DNA of 64,000 nucleotides from NCBI RefSeq assembly GCF_030028105.1, contig NC_092370.1, forward strand, positions 215,184,005 to 215,248,004, in the 5' to 3' direction. The translations under genes were made by a program, and so were the position numbers. The DNA comes from Mobula birostris (lineage: Eukaryota). This document shows positions 25,958 to 38,300 of the stretch, one piece after another. How positions within the stretch are numbered: position 1 is the stretch's first letter; every line of letters begins with the position of its first letter. The notes under the pieces were generated by a model. It worked only from the letters and a program-made list of their open reading frames with translations. It did not search any database and was not told where the DNA came from.

Positions 25958-26599
25958 ATACAATGCAGACAAATTTCGGGGGCAGAAGAAATTGAGGAGT
26001 GTGTACCAAGGTGTCCAAAGATAGTGACTCATACAGCTTCCTGCGATGAACAATTTAAGATTATGTCCAGTGGGCAACTGGATACGTGCAATGCACACGG
26101 CAAATTGGGGGCCAGTTCTTCAGCCACTGGGAGGAGGCAGTTTAGAAAGAGACTTCTGATGACAGTCCCTGCGGCAGAAAGCAGAAAGACCTCTCTGAAA
26201 GTACCAAGGCAAAGGAACTAATTAACCTCATATGTTCTTGTTTTGAAAGCTCTCCCATTCCTTTGATTCAAGGGAATAAGAAGGACTTTTACAAGTGCTT
26301 GAAGGCACAGGGCCAGCAGATGACCTAATGCACAGATAGTTGTGGAGAGAGCACAAGAGGCTCTGGCATGTGCACGTTTATCAATACTCTCGTGGCTATC
26401 TACAGCCCAAACATTAAATGTCCCATTCCACTGGGAGCCAGGCATAGGGATGAACATATCAGGGAACATATCATATCAAGAAGTCAGTAAATTCCTGACA
26501 GAAGTAACACTTTGAAGACCTCTTCAACTATAATTCTGTTCTGGACATGAGAGCCCAGACCCCACATTACACCAACCTCACACACAGTGATTGACAACA

Positions 26600-27024
26600 A
26601 GTTAGAGTCACAGTCATACAAAAATACAGATCAGAAACAGGCCCTTCAGCCCATCTAGTCCATGCCAAACTATTTAAACTACCTACTCCCATTGACCTGC
26701 ACTAGGACCATAGCCCTTCATACCCCTACCATCTACGCACCTACCCAAATGTTTCTTACACATTGAAATCGAGCTTGCATGCACCACTTGTGCTGGCAGC
26801 TCGTTCCACACTCTCACAACCCTCTGAGTGAAGAAGTTTCCCCTCATGTTCCCTATAAACTTTTTCACCTTTCACACTTCACCCATGACCTCTAGTTGTA
26901 GTCTCAGCCAGCCTCAGTGGAAAAAGCCTGCTTGCATTTACCATACCTATACCCCTCATAATTTTGTATACCTCTATCAAATCTCCTCCCAATCTTCTAC
27001 GTTCCAACGAATAAAGTCCTAACC
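26600..27024 (-). mobile_element. CR1 3' end (resumes at ~28860-29070 after the nested DNA transposons)
   Basis: LGLYSLERRRLGGDLIEVYKIMRG and FFTQRVVRVWNELP; continuation RKDVNKVERVQRKFT at 28860-28930. Confidence 0.85.
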
Positions 27025-27026
27025 TA

Positions 27027-27439
27027 CGAGGGCTGATTGATAAGTGGCCGAAGGTAGAAGGAGTCAATTTTAGAAAACCTAGCAGAGTTATTTTTCAACA
27101 TAGTCCCCTCCTACATTTACACACTTACTCCAGCGGTCATGGAGCATACAGGTTCCTTCTTTGTAGAAGTCGGCGTCTTGGACCTCCAAAAGTTGTCCAC
27201 AGCAAGGGTGATTGATGAGTTCATGGCCTAAGGTAGAAGGAGATGAGTATGAGTTATACAGCTCTCATTAAATGCACGTGCAGTTCAACTCTTTGAGTGA
27301 TTATGCAGAAAGTTTGAAGTCAATAACTCATCTCTTTCTACCTTAGGCCACAAACTTATCAATCACCCCTGCTGTGGACACTTTCTGGAGGTCATTTACT
27401 CCTTCTACCTTAGGCCACAAACTTGGCAATCAGCCCTCG
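27027..27439. mobile_element. Mariner-type MITE, 413 bp
   Basis: TA-CGAGGGCTGATTG ... CAATCAGCCCTCG-TA terminal inverted repeats with TA on both sides; a second, internal inverted repeat ~27181-27393. Confidence 0.85.
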
Positions 27440-27441
27440 TA

Positions 27442-28857
27442 AAACACAAAATAATTGATTGCATAAGTATTCACCCCCATTAATATGACACACCAAATCA
27501 TCACTGGTGTAGTCAATTGGTTTTAGAAGTCACATAATTAGTTAAACGGAGATTTGTTTTTGGAGACCTGTATGCAGTCAAGGTGATTTAATTGTTTGTA
27601 GTAAAAATACACCTGAATCTGGAAGGTCCAACTGCTGGTGAGTCAGAATCCTGGCAAAAACTACACCATGAAGACAAAAGAACACTCCAAGCAACTCCAT
27701 GAAAAGGTTATTGAAAAGCACAAGTCAGGAGGTGGATACATGAAAATTTCCAAGTCACTAAATATCCGTTTGTAGTACAGTTAAGTCAATCATCAAGAAA
27801 TGGAAAGAATATGGCATAGATGTAAATCTGCCTAGAGCAGGTCATCCTCAAAAACTGAGTGACCGTGCAAGAAAGGGACTAATGAGAGAGGCCACCAAGA
27901 GAACTATGACATCTCTGGAGGAGTTACAAGCTTCAGTGGCTGAGATGGGAGAGACTGTGCGTACAACGACTGTTGCCTGGGTGCTTCACCAGTCATAGCT
28001 TTATGGGAGAGTGGCAAAGGGAAAGCCAATGTTGAAAAAAAACTCCCATGGAATTTTAGCTGGAATTTGCCAGAAGGCATGTGAGAGACTCTGAAGCCAG
28101 CTGATGAAACCAAAATTGAGTTTTTTGTCTATCAGACTAAACGCAATGTTTGGCGTAAGCCAAACACCACATATCACCAAAAACCCACCATCCCTACCAT
28201 GAAGCATGGTGGTGGCTGCATCATGCTGTAGTGATGCTTCACTGCAGCAGGCCCTGTAAGGCTTGTGAAGGTAGAGGATAAAATGAATGCAGCAAAATAC
28301 AGGGAATTCCTGGAGGAAAACTTAATGCAGTCTACAAGAGAATTGTGTCTTGGGAGAAGATTTGTTTTCCAGCAAGACAATGGTCCCAAGCATAAAGCCA
28401 AAGCTACACAGGAATGGCTTAACAACAACAAACTTAATGCCCTGGGGTGGCCAAATCAGAGTCCAGACCTCAATCCAATTCAGAATTTGTGGCTGGACTT
28501 GAAAAGTTCCGTACCTTCACGATCCCCATGCAACCTGACAGAGCTTGAACTGTTTTGTAAAGAAGAGAGGGGAAAATTGCAGTCTAGATGTGCAAAGCTG
28601 ATAGAGACCTACCCAAAGGTGCATCAACTAAATACTGACTTGAAGGGGATGAGTAGTTATGGAATCAATTATTTTGTGTTTAATAATTGTAATAAATTAG
28701 ACCAATTTGTAGAAATTTGTTTTCACTTTGACACAAAAGAGACTTTTTTGTTGATCAGTGTCAAAAAAAAGCCAAATTAAATCCACTGCGATTCAATGTT
28801 GTAAAACAATAAAACATGAAAACTTCCAAGAGGGGTGAATACTTTCTATAAGAACTG
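27442..28857 (+). mobile_element. Tc1 (IR/DR-type) transposon with defective transposase ~27668-28638
   Basis: MKTKEHSKQL...; KHGGGCIML; FQQDNGPKHKAK; WPNQSPDLNPIQNLW (catalytic E reads Q); ends GASTKY*. Right TIR ~28640-28857 has two direct repeats; only the inner repeat of the left TIR remains. Confidence 0.9.
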
Positions 28858-29269
28858 GAACTCCGGCAACAACATTGTAAATTTTCTCTGTACTCTTTCA
28901 ACCTTATTTACATCTTTCCTGGAGGTAGATGACCAAAACCTGAAAAACGTTGTCTCGTTTTTACTGTGCACTGTACCTGCAGTGATGGTCGAAATGACAA
29001 AAAGTGACGACTTGAAAAACACTGCACACAGTACTCCAAATTTGGCCTCACCAATGTCTTGATGAGGCAACTTCAAGTTGGCAAGGCCTGGGACAGAAAG
29101 ATATCTCCAGTCGTGAATCCTCAATCTGATGGTCCAAAGGAGGATTATCAGGGAACTTCAGAAATTCTCTAGTCGCGACCATCTTCAAGAAAGGAGGGCA
29201 CACAGTGTTGGAAGAACTCAGTGGGTCAGGCAGGATCAAAGTAAACATGATTTTGTCCATGAGCTCCCA

Positions 29270-29750
29270 GAGCGGCACCTAAGCCAAAGTTCTCCGACAT
29301 CGTTGTTGTTCCAGTACCCTTACGATGCATCTGCACCCCACGGGAGTGATTTTGGAAAGAGCGGGAAACGCTTTCCGCTGGGAGTTTGACTGGAGTCCGG
29401 CGGGCCTTCCCGGGATGGCGGCCGCTGGGTGGCGCTGTTCCGGGTGGCGGTGTCCGCGGGCTTGCGAGGATGAGCCTCAGCCTGCCAGTGTGGGAGACGG
29501 CGGACGGTGATGGCCGCGGAGCCAGCGAGGCAGTGGACCGATGAGCAGCTGCGGAGCGAGGAAGTGGCTAAAAAGGACATCATCCAGTTTTTGCAGCAGA
29601 ATGCCTCGGACCCGGTGAGCAGCTACGGCGGCAGCGGGGGGTCCCAAAGGTTCGGCGAAACCGCACATGGTTTGGCCTTGTCCCGCCAGCTGCTGCAGAA
29701 CTGCCGAGACCCCCGATCGATCACACCGAGTCTGATCGTACAGTATTTCG
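29270..29750 (+). promoter_or_regulatory. CpG island / FKBP3 promoter
   Basis: High CpG density around exon 1; YY1-like GATGGCGGC at 29414. Confidence 0.65.
29510..29614 (+). CDS. FKBP3: FKBP3 (FKBP25) exon 1
   Basis: MAAEPARQWTDEQLRSEEVAKKDIIQFLQQNASDP (BTHB domain); donor CCG|gtgag. Confidence 0.95.
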
Positions 29751-29942
29751 TGTGTGGTGTTGTAAAGTTACTGGATGCTATAGGAGATTTGATACTTTCA
29801 ATGCAAAAGTTACTTTGCAAATTTTATACATTGAAAATAATAAAATTAAGTTTTAAATATAAAAGGATTAGGTATGCGAGAACGTTGGCTGTTAGTCTAT
29901 TTATTTTGAGAAAGATATTCAAAATTACTTTTTTGATAATAG

Positions 29943-30044
29943 TTTCTAGGTGAACATAAGTTAATGGGAAACATCAAGAATGTTGCCAAGACTGCAAAGA
30001 AGGAGCAGCTAATAAATGCCTACAATCACCTTTTTGAAACTAAG
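29943..30044 (+). CDS. FKBP3: FKBP3 exon 2
   Basis: tag|[34 protein letters not shown]|gtaaag. Confidence 0.95.
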
Positions 30045-31698
30045 GTAAAGGATTGTTTTAAATATTCGATGCCCATTTTGTTCTCAAATGCAACCATCTA
30101 GAATCATTTGATCAACACTCCATATTTCAGCTTTGCAAACATCGAAAAAGTTCTTTTTGAATGTAATGAATGATATTCTAATTCCCTATAATGTTGATAT
30201 AATGTTTTATTTTTGTAACATTTGGTAGGGGTGTGACACAAGAACACTTGACATCATGAATTAAGTTTGAGGTCATTGGCCTAATGAAAGAAATGTATAA
30301 AAACAGGACTTGCCCATCCTATCTATTACATATTATTATGTCATCTGTATCTCACAACATATATCAAGTTAACATCACTACCTGTAAGCTCTTTATTTGC
30401 AAAAGCCCAGTTTTAAACATGGAAGCCCATTGTAGAAATATCATCTGGAAATTCCTTGTTCACTTCCTTAAGGCGAGCAAAACTTTTCCAGTTCTGATTG
30501 ACGTTATACTGTGCCCAACTGGTATACAATGTGATCTTCATTGCTGCTGAACAAGATCTCAGCTGTTGTGTGAAGGGATTTAGCAAAGAAGCATTAGGCT
30601 TGAGTTGACAGTGTGTTCTATGCATGCACTGTTCTGAGGGAACAGCTGCTAGATGTTCCCATTTTGCTCAACTCTTAGCTTTTGAGTTGTATGGTTTTGT
30701 TTGAAGTCCAACCAGAAAACCCACAAATATTGCCTGCCTCTGCAGTGCATTCTGTAACTGATGAGCTGCTGGAAGTTGACAATTTTTTGGGAGTGAAAAG
30801 TTAAACTAAGGTTCCATACGAGCTCTGGTGAGGATGTAAAGGAGCGCTGGGCGGTATATTAAGAGGAAAGTGAGGTATTTCCATGCTGTCCTGATAATAT
30901 TTGTTCCTCTTTACTAACAACTGACCATCTGGGCATTATAATTGGAACAATGCAGTTCCATTGTGTATTTCTCTTTGAAGGAACAATTGTACATATTATA
31001 TGCCCCATCTTTTTGACTTGGGTTCTTAAAGTTCCACTGCATCTGTTTTAAAAATTACTTATGGAATCTGCACTAGAACCTTGTACAAGGTTCCAGATCC
31101 CCATTCCAATGAGTGTGTGGAGATAATTCCCATTCTCCTCTGGCTGTTTTGACAATGATTTTGATACTGATTTACTCATGAGAAGATAGTGCAATTTCCT
31201 GACAACTCCATGTAAATGTTTCATTGTTTTGAAGCTTCATTTCAATCATGTAAGAAACATCTCAGTTCCTATTATAACAGTCCTATCATTGCCAACCTCT
31301 TATTCCTCATTCCAAGAAAACACCCCGGGGAAAGTAATCCTGTGCCATTTTTTATTTAGTTTATTCTGGTTATTACACATTTATATAAGAAAATCCTTTG
31401 TATGGTAAGACGGACTTCTGACATCACATTCTACCTCACTTTCTCTGTAGGTGTTGCCCTTTAATTTCCCTTTTTTTGCCTTGTACTAACACAATGCACT
31501 GTGTACTGATTTGTTCTGTGAACAGTCTGCAAGAATCGGTTTTTCGCTGCGCTTCTGTACATGTGACAATAATAACCTAATTCCAAATACTTCTTTTGAA
31601 GTTCTCATAGCCTCTAATCAGATGTTGCTTTGCTTAATCAGAAAACTGCAATCTCGGGTGTTATCTGAAGAAATAACCTCATGTTCCTTGACCTGCAG

Positions 31699-31812
31699 AG
31701 ATTTAAAGGCACTGAATCTACAGAAAAAGTCACCCAGCAGCTTAAAGATGTGAAAGTGGGGACGGCTCAGGACAAAGCAAAGGCGAAAAAACCTGAATTG
31801 ACTGCAAGTGAG
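31699..31812 (+). CDS. FKBP3: FKBP3 exon 3
   Basis: cag|RFKGTESTEKVTQQLKDVKVGTAQDKAKAKKPELTASE|gttagt. Confidence 0.93.
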
Positions 31813-32306
31813 GTTAGTATGTGGAATTGGAGAGTTTTGTTTTGTAAAATTAATGAATTTATATTTCAGATCTGCTGATTATTTAAATTGATTTATTGGG
31901 GTTACTTTTTCAACATGGCATTATACAATTAATCAATAGATGTCAGTTAAGCAGATCAACTTGCAGCTCCAGCTTTCGATTTTTCCACTGTTTTATTAAT
32001 GTCATTGCTATTGCCACAAACTGATAGGAGCACAGCAAAGGCATTTAGGTTTCGATATTCAATAGACAAAATAAACATCTGCTTATCCAATTATGTCAAA
32101 ACTCTTAAGAAGAAAGTGAATTAGAGCAGGTAGATTCAGTGACAAATCATCTGCATAAAATGGAATAAAGAGTGGGAAAGAAAGATTAATTATGAGGTTA
32201 AAAAAAAAGCTACGCAATTTCGAAGGATTTTGCATCAAATGATATCATTTTGGATCTCCCCCTCCCCCTCCCACTTTCAAATCTCTTACTAGCTCTTCCT
32301 TCATTT

Positions 32307-32343
32307 AGTCCTGACGAAGGGTCTCGGCCTGAAACGTCGACTG
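32307..32343 (+). ncRNA. Minimal hammerhead ribozyme motif in FKBP3 intron 3 (within a Penelope terminal-repeat fragment ~32243-32406)
   Basis: agtc-CTGACGA-agggtctcggcct-GAAAC-GTC-gact, identical to the motif at 52294. Confidence 0.7.
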
Positions 32344-32823
32344 TACCTCTTCCTACAGATGCTGCCTGGCCTGCTGCGTTCACCAGCAACTTTGATGTGT
32401 GTTGCTTTTTTTTTAAGCTAAAGCCTTTTGCAGTCTGAATAACCGAAACTTGATGCTTATCACTTTCTGAATTCAAACTTCATTTGAACCTTGTTCCTGG
32501 GTCATGGATTTCCCAGGATGGGCACAACAGTGAGTGACTCTGTTCCCAATGCCCTCAGGTCAGTGGTTAAAAACCAATGGTGTATAAACACCTAATAAAT
32601 TATAAAGGACAGAATTTGTAGTCAGACCCTTTTGCTGAGACTTCCTTGCTGATTGTCTCCATCTGCAGGCAATAGTTTGAACTTGCCCACTCTTAACATT
32701 TCACCTTTGATTAATGATTCCTTATATTGCAGCTTGGTTTATTTGAAATAATAGATTTGTAATTTGAGAATAAAATTTTATACAATACAGCAGTTGTTAA
32801 CTGTGCCTTTTCATCAATTTCAG

Positions 32824-32959
32824 GAACCACCAAAGTATACCAAAACAATGTTGCAAAAAGGTGACAAAATCAACTTTCCCAAGAAGGGCGACACAGTTCA
32901 CTGCTGGTATACAGGGATGTTAGAAGATGGGACCGTGTTTGACTCAAATGTCACTTCTG
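32824..32959 (+). CDS. FKBP3: FKBP3 exon 4
   Basis: cag|EPPKYTKTMLQKGDKINFPKKGDTVHCWYTGMLEDGTVFDSNVTS G|gtaag; start of the FKBP PPIase domain. Confidence 0.96.
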
Positions 32960-33069
32960 GTAAGCAACATAAGGAGCAAAAACGTTTTGCTAATTTGGGG
33001 TATAACAGTCTGTAAGATACGATGTTGCCTCTTGCGCCAAGCTTTATTTATGTGTTCACAGCACACCAG

Positions 33070-33865
33070 TGTTCAGAATCAGGTTCAATATCACCGGTGT
33101 ATGTCATGAAATTTGTTGCTTTTGTGGCAACAGTGCAATGCAATACATAATAGGGGGAAAATGAGAATTATAGTAAGTGTATATATTAAATAGTTAAATA
33201 AGTAGTGTAAAAGTAGAAGTTTTAAAAATTAGAGGTAGTGTTCATGGGTTCAATGTCCATTTAGAAATCGGATGGCAGAGGGGGAAAAGGCTGTTCCTGA
33301 ATTGCTGAGGGTGTGCCTTTATACTTCTGTACCTGCTTCCTGAAGGTAGCAATGAGAAGAGGGCATGACCTGGTGATTGGGGTCCCTAATGATGGATGCT
33401 GCCTTTCTGAGGTACCGCTCCTTGAAGGTGTCCTGGATACTATGAAAGCTAGTGCCCATTGTGGAGCTGACTAAGTTTACAACCCCCTGCAGCTTATTTC
33501 GATCCTGTGCAGCGCCCATCCATAGCAGGCGGTGAATCATCCAGTTAGAATGCTCTCCACAGTACATCTGTAGAAATTTGTCTGATTTCCTCCTAATGAA
33601 ATATGGCCACTGTTGTGCCGCCTTTGTAGCTGCATAGACATGTTGGGTCCAGGTTAGATCCTCAGAGACAGTGACACCTGAGAACTTGAAATTGCCCACT
33701 CTTTCCACTTCTGACTGCTCTATGAGGCCTGGTGTATGTTTCCTCGTCTTAAACTTCCTGAAGTCCACAATCAGTTCTGACGTTGAGTGCGAGGCTGTTG
33801 CTATGACACCACTCAACTAGCTGCTGTATCTCACTCCTGTACGCCCTCTTGCCAACAATGTTGAT
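33070..33865 (-). mobile_element. Rex1/Babar LINE 3' fragment
   Basis: SELIVDFRK...VERVGNFKFSGVTVSEDLTWTQH...RKAASIIRDP. Confidence 0.8.
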
Positions 33866-34422
33866 GACAAGGCAGCATTTGCTGCATATACCTTCTGTTG
33901 TTGAGAAGGTTTCCCTGAATGATCAGCAAGCACTGGTAAGCTTGTTGCCTAGGAGATATCACGAGGCTGGGGAGAGCTGGCAAAACAAGGAGAGGGGGCA
34001 GTAGCAGCTTCCATCACATCCATGAGGAGATAACGAGCCAGACTTCTCGGATCCAAGCAGTCTGTCCACACTTGGATCAAGTGCTGCCAGTCCCAGCACT
34101 TTTACCTTCCCAGCCAGGGTCTAACCCTGAGCCGCACATCTCGTGTCCCTGCCTGCCAACACCAGTTCTCACAGGCAGCTTCTGCATGCTGAGTCCTGGA
34201 TGATTTCATGCTGTGGGGATGCAAGCAGAACGCAGTGGTGCATGGCAGCAGAACGCAGCACAAGCGGGTAGCTATTTTGAAGTTCTTGAAGATGCATACT
34301 TATGAATATTCAAACAGGAGGACCAAAAGTACTGTAGCAAATTATTGCCCTTTGAGGTATCAGTGCATGCATAGAAGAACTTTAATAGAACTGGTTTTTA
34401 AATCATTACTTTCTTTTAACAG

Positions 34423-34490
34423 GCTCAAAAAAGAAGAAGGCAGCAAAGCCTTTCAGCTTTAAAGTAGGAGTTGGAAAAGTTATCCGAGGG
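34423..34490 (+). CDS. FKBP3: FKBP3 exon 5
   Basis: aacag|GC gives (G)SKKKKAAKPFSFKVGVGKVIRG|gttagt; FKBP25 basic loop. Confidence 0.95.
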
Positions 34491-35287
34491 GTTAGTACAT
34501 AACTTGGATTTGAGTGGCACATGCGTGAGCCGGATCTGTCTTCAAATTAGCATGAATTTCTGTTTTTTATTTTTCACTGCATTTGTCTTCTACAGAGAAG
34601 GTGCTTTGCTAATCTGCACTGGTAATGATTATCTCACGGTAGCAGGTTTAATGCAAATCTATTAACACCATTAGACATAGGAGCAGAATTAGACCATTCA
34701 GCCCATCATGTCTGCTCTGCTATTCCATATAGCTAATTTATTACCCCTCCTCAAATAAGCCCATAAGATTACAGCTCAGGGTGTTGGAGTTCGTAGTTCA
34801 GTTCCGACGCCGCCTGTAAGAAGGTTTCTTTCACGCGCTCCGTTCCAAGGATATACCGGTTAGCAGTCATTGCAAATTGTCCTTTGATTAGGCTGGTGTT
34901 AAGTAGGTGGGTTGCTGAGCAGTGTGTGTCATTGGGCTGGAAGAACCTGTTCCTCACCGTATCTCAAAATAAAATAAAAACAGGAATGAGTGAATGCACA
35001 AGTTGACAATAGAGAAAACAACTATCTAATCTTGTGGCCATGCAGTGAACAGACTCTTGCATGCTACAGCAAATCTACCAGCAGAATTCTTCAGTATGAT
35101 TTCCCTTTCATTACACTATTTCTGGCAAGCCAGTTTGACGAGTGTCAGCAAAGACCAGTAATAATCTAGGACTTTCTGGGATGGATTGAAAATGATCACA
35201 TCAGGTCAGTCAATTGGGAAGATTCTTTTGAATGTTTAGTATTCATCTTCTGTTTGCTGCTGAATCAACAGACTTGTCTCTCAACAG

Positions 35288-35385
35288 TGGGATGAAGCGC
35301 TTCTGACTATGAGTAAAGGAGAAAAGTCCCGGATACAGATTGAATCTGATTGGGGTTACGGTAAGAAAGGGCAACCAGAAGCCAA
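35288..35385 (+). CDS. FKBP3: FKBP3 exon 6
   Basis: aacag|WDEALLTMSKGEKSRIQIESDWGYGKKGQPEA AA|GTATCCTTT (U12-type donor). Confidence 0.95.
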
Positions 35386-38300
35386 GTATCCTTTTCCCTG
35401 TGGTAGCTTAGCGAAAATCTTAATATTGCAGATGCAGAGAAGCATGTCTATAGTACTTCTGTAGAAAAAATTTATAATTTTACAATTATAAAAATGATTA
35501 ATTCTTTTGTACACGTAAGTTATGCTTTCTGGTTCTCTTGGTACACCTTTCTAGACAGAATTAACATGAATGTGCTTTGTAGAGGACATGTAGTGTGCAA
35601 TCTTGCAACAGGAGTCTCCAGTTTGCTGCTATGATTGCATTAAATAAGCAGATTTTTCTCTGCTGTTATGTGAATATAAGTTAGATCCGTTGAGCTGAAC
35701 AAACTTTCGAGATTTGCAATGCCAATTCATGCCACAGAACTTTTGGCTAATCTAGTAATGCATTACTTCAATTTTTGTTTTTGTCCATTAGAATATCCTT
35801 GTAGCTCAGCTCCAATGCAGTTTATCTGAAGTGATTATGTAACTTTGGTTTTAGAGTTCAGAGTCACAACCCTGAGGTTCATTTTCTTGCGGGTAAACAC
35901 TAGAAACACAAGAGAATCAATGAAACAGCACACCCAACAGGGCAGACGTCAAACCAATGTGCAAAACAAAAACAACAAACTACAGAAACAGAAAGAAAAA
36001 TAGAAGAAACGATTTTTAAAAAGATATCGAGAACATGAGACGAAAGTCTTCAAAAGTGAGTCCCTAGGTAGTGGGAGCAGTTCAGTGATGGGCTGAGTGA
36101 AGTTGTTTCCTCTGGTTTAAAAGCCTGTTGGTTGAGGGGTAATAACTGTTCCGAAACCTAGTTGTGTGGTCCTGAGGCTCCTGATCCACTTTCTTGATGG
36201 CAGCAGAGAGAAAAGAGCATGACCTTGATGGTGGGGTCCTTGTTGATGGATGCTGCTCTGTGTAAATGTGCTCAATGGTGGTGAGGGCTTTACCCTTAAG
36301 ACCATAAGACATAGGAGCAGAATTAGACCATTTGGCCCATTGAGTTTACTCTACCATTTCATCGTGGCTGACCCATTTCCCCCTCAGCCCCAATCTCTTG
36401 CCTTCTTCCTATAACCCTTCAAGCCCTGATTAATCAAGAATCTAAAGCCTCTGCCTTAAATATACCCAATGACTTGACCTCCACACCTGCCTGTTCCACA
36501 AATTCACAACTCTCTAGCTAAAGAAATTCCTCCTCATATCTGTTCTAAGTGGACGTCCCTCTATTCTGAGGCTTTGTCCTCTGGTCTTAGACTCCCTTGC
36601 CATAGGAAACATCCTCTCCACATCTCTATTGAGGCCTTTCAACATTCGACAGGTTTCAATGATATTCCCCTTCATTCCAGTGAGTACAGGCCCAACACTA
36701 TCAAAGGCTCCTGTGATGGACTGGGTCGTATCCATGGCTTAATGTAGGCTTTTCTATACAAGGGCATTCTTTTTTCTATACAGGCTGTGATGCATCTAGC
36801 CAATATACTCTCCACCACATAGAAGTTTGTCAAAGTTTTAAATGACATGCTGAGTCTTCACAAACTTCTAAGAAAGTAGAGGCACTGTTGTGCTTTCTTT
36901 GTAATGGACCCAGGACAGATCCTCTGAAATGATAACACTGAGGAATTTAAAGTTGCTGTCCTCCGATCCCCCGATGAAGACCTCCAGTTTCCCCCCTCCT
37001 GAAGTCAATAATCAACTCATTGGTTTTGCTGACATTGAATGAGAGGTTGTCGTGGCACCTCTCAGCCAGATTGTCAGTCTCCCTCCTATATGCTGATACA
37101 TCACCACCTTTGATTCAACCAATGACAGTGGTGTTGTCAGCAAATTTGAAGATAGCATTGGAACTGTGCTTAGCCTCACAGTCATAAGTATAAAGTGAGC
37201 AGAGCAGGGGACTAAGCACACAACCTTGTGGTGAACGAGTGCTGATGGAGATTGTGGAGCAGATGTTGCTGCCAATCCGAACTAATAGGTCTCCCAGTGT
37301 GGAAATCGAGGATCCAGTTGCAGAAGAGGATATTAAGGCCTCCGACTTGAAGCTTATTGATTTAGATTCAAAAGGATGATAGTATTGGGTGCTGAGCTGT
37401 AGTCAATGAAGAGCATCCTGATGTATGCATCTTGGCTGTCCAGATGTTCCGTGGTTCAGTGAAGAGCCAGAGAAACGGCATCTGCTGTTGACCTATAGTG
37501 ATGGTAGGAAAATTGGAGTGGATCCAAGTCAGTTCTCAGCCATGAATTGTAATATTTCATCATCAACCTCTCAAAACTCTTCATCATAGTGGATGTAAGT
37601 GCTACTGGACAATAGTCATTGAGACAGGTTACCACGTTCTTCTTTGGCACTGGTATAATTGAAGCAGGTGGGTACCTCAGACTGTCAAAGCGAGAGGTTA
37701 AAGATAATTGGTGAACACTCCAGGCAGTTCATTAGCACAGGTGCTTGAACTCAGCCAGGTGCTCCATCTGGGCCAGATGCTTTCCATGGGTTCACCCTCC
37801 TGAATGATGCTCTCCCGTCAGCCTCAGACTGAAATCACCGGGTCATTAGGGGCTATGGGAGTTTGAGAAATTTCCTCCATGTTTTGATGGTCAAAGTGAG
37901 CATAAACGGCATTGAGCTCATCTGGGTGGGGTCAAAACCCTAAGCCTTGTTGTCGCCTATGTCACTTGGTTTCACTTTGTAGGGAGTGATAGCATTCAAG
38001 CCCTGCCACAGCTGTCGAGGATCCTTCAGTGATTCAAGTTTGGTCCAGAATTACCACTTCACATGTGAGATAGCTTTCTGGAGATTGTATCTTTGGGTCG
38101 CAACCTGAATGCCACTGATCTGGTCCTCAGCAGATTGCAGATCCCATGGTTCATCCAGGACTTCCGATTGGGGAAATCAGAATGATTTTATAGGGATATG
38201 CAATCTGCAAGAGTCTACAACTCTTGTTATTAAGTGCAGGACAGCCATGGTGTATTTGTTCACATCCTTAGTCCCCAAACGCGGCCCAGTCTACTGACTT

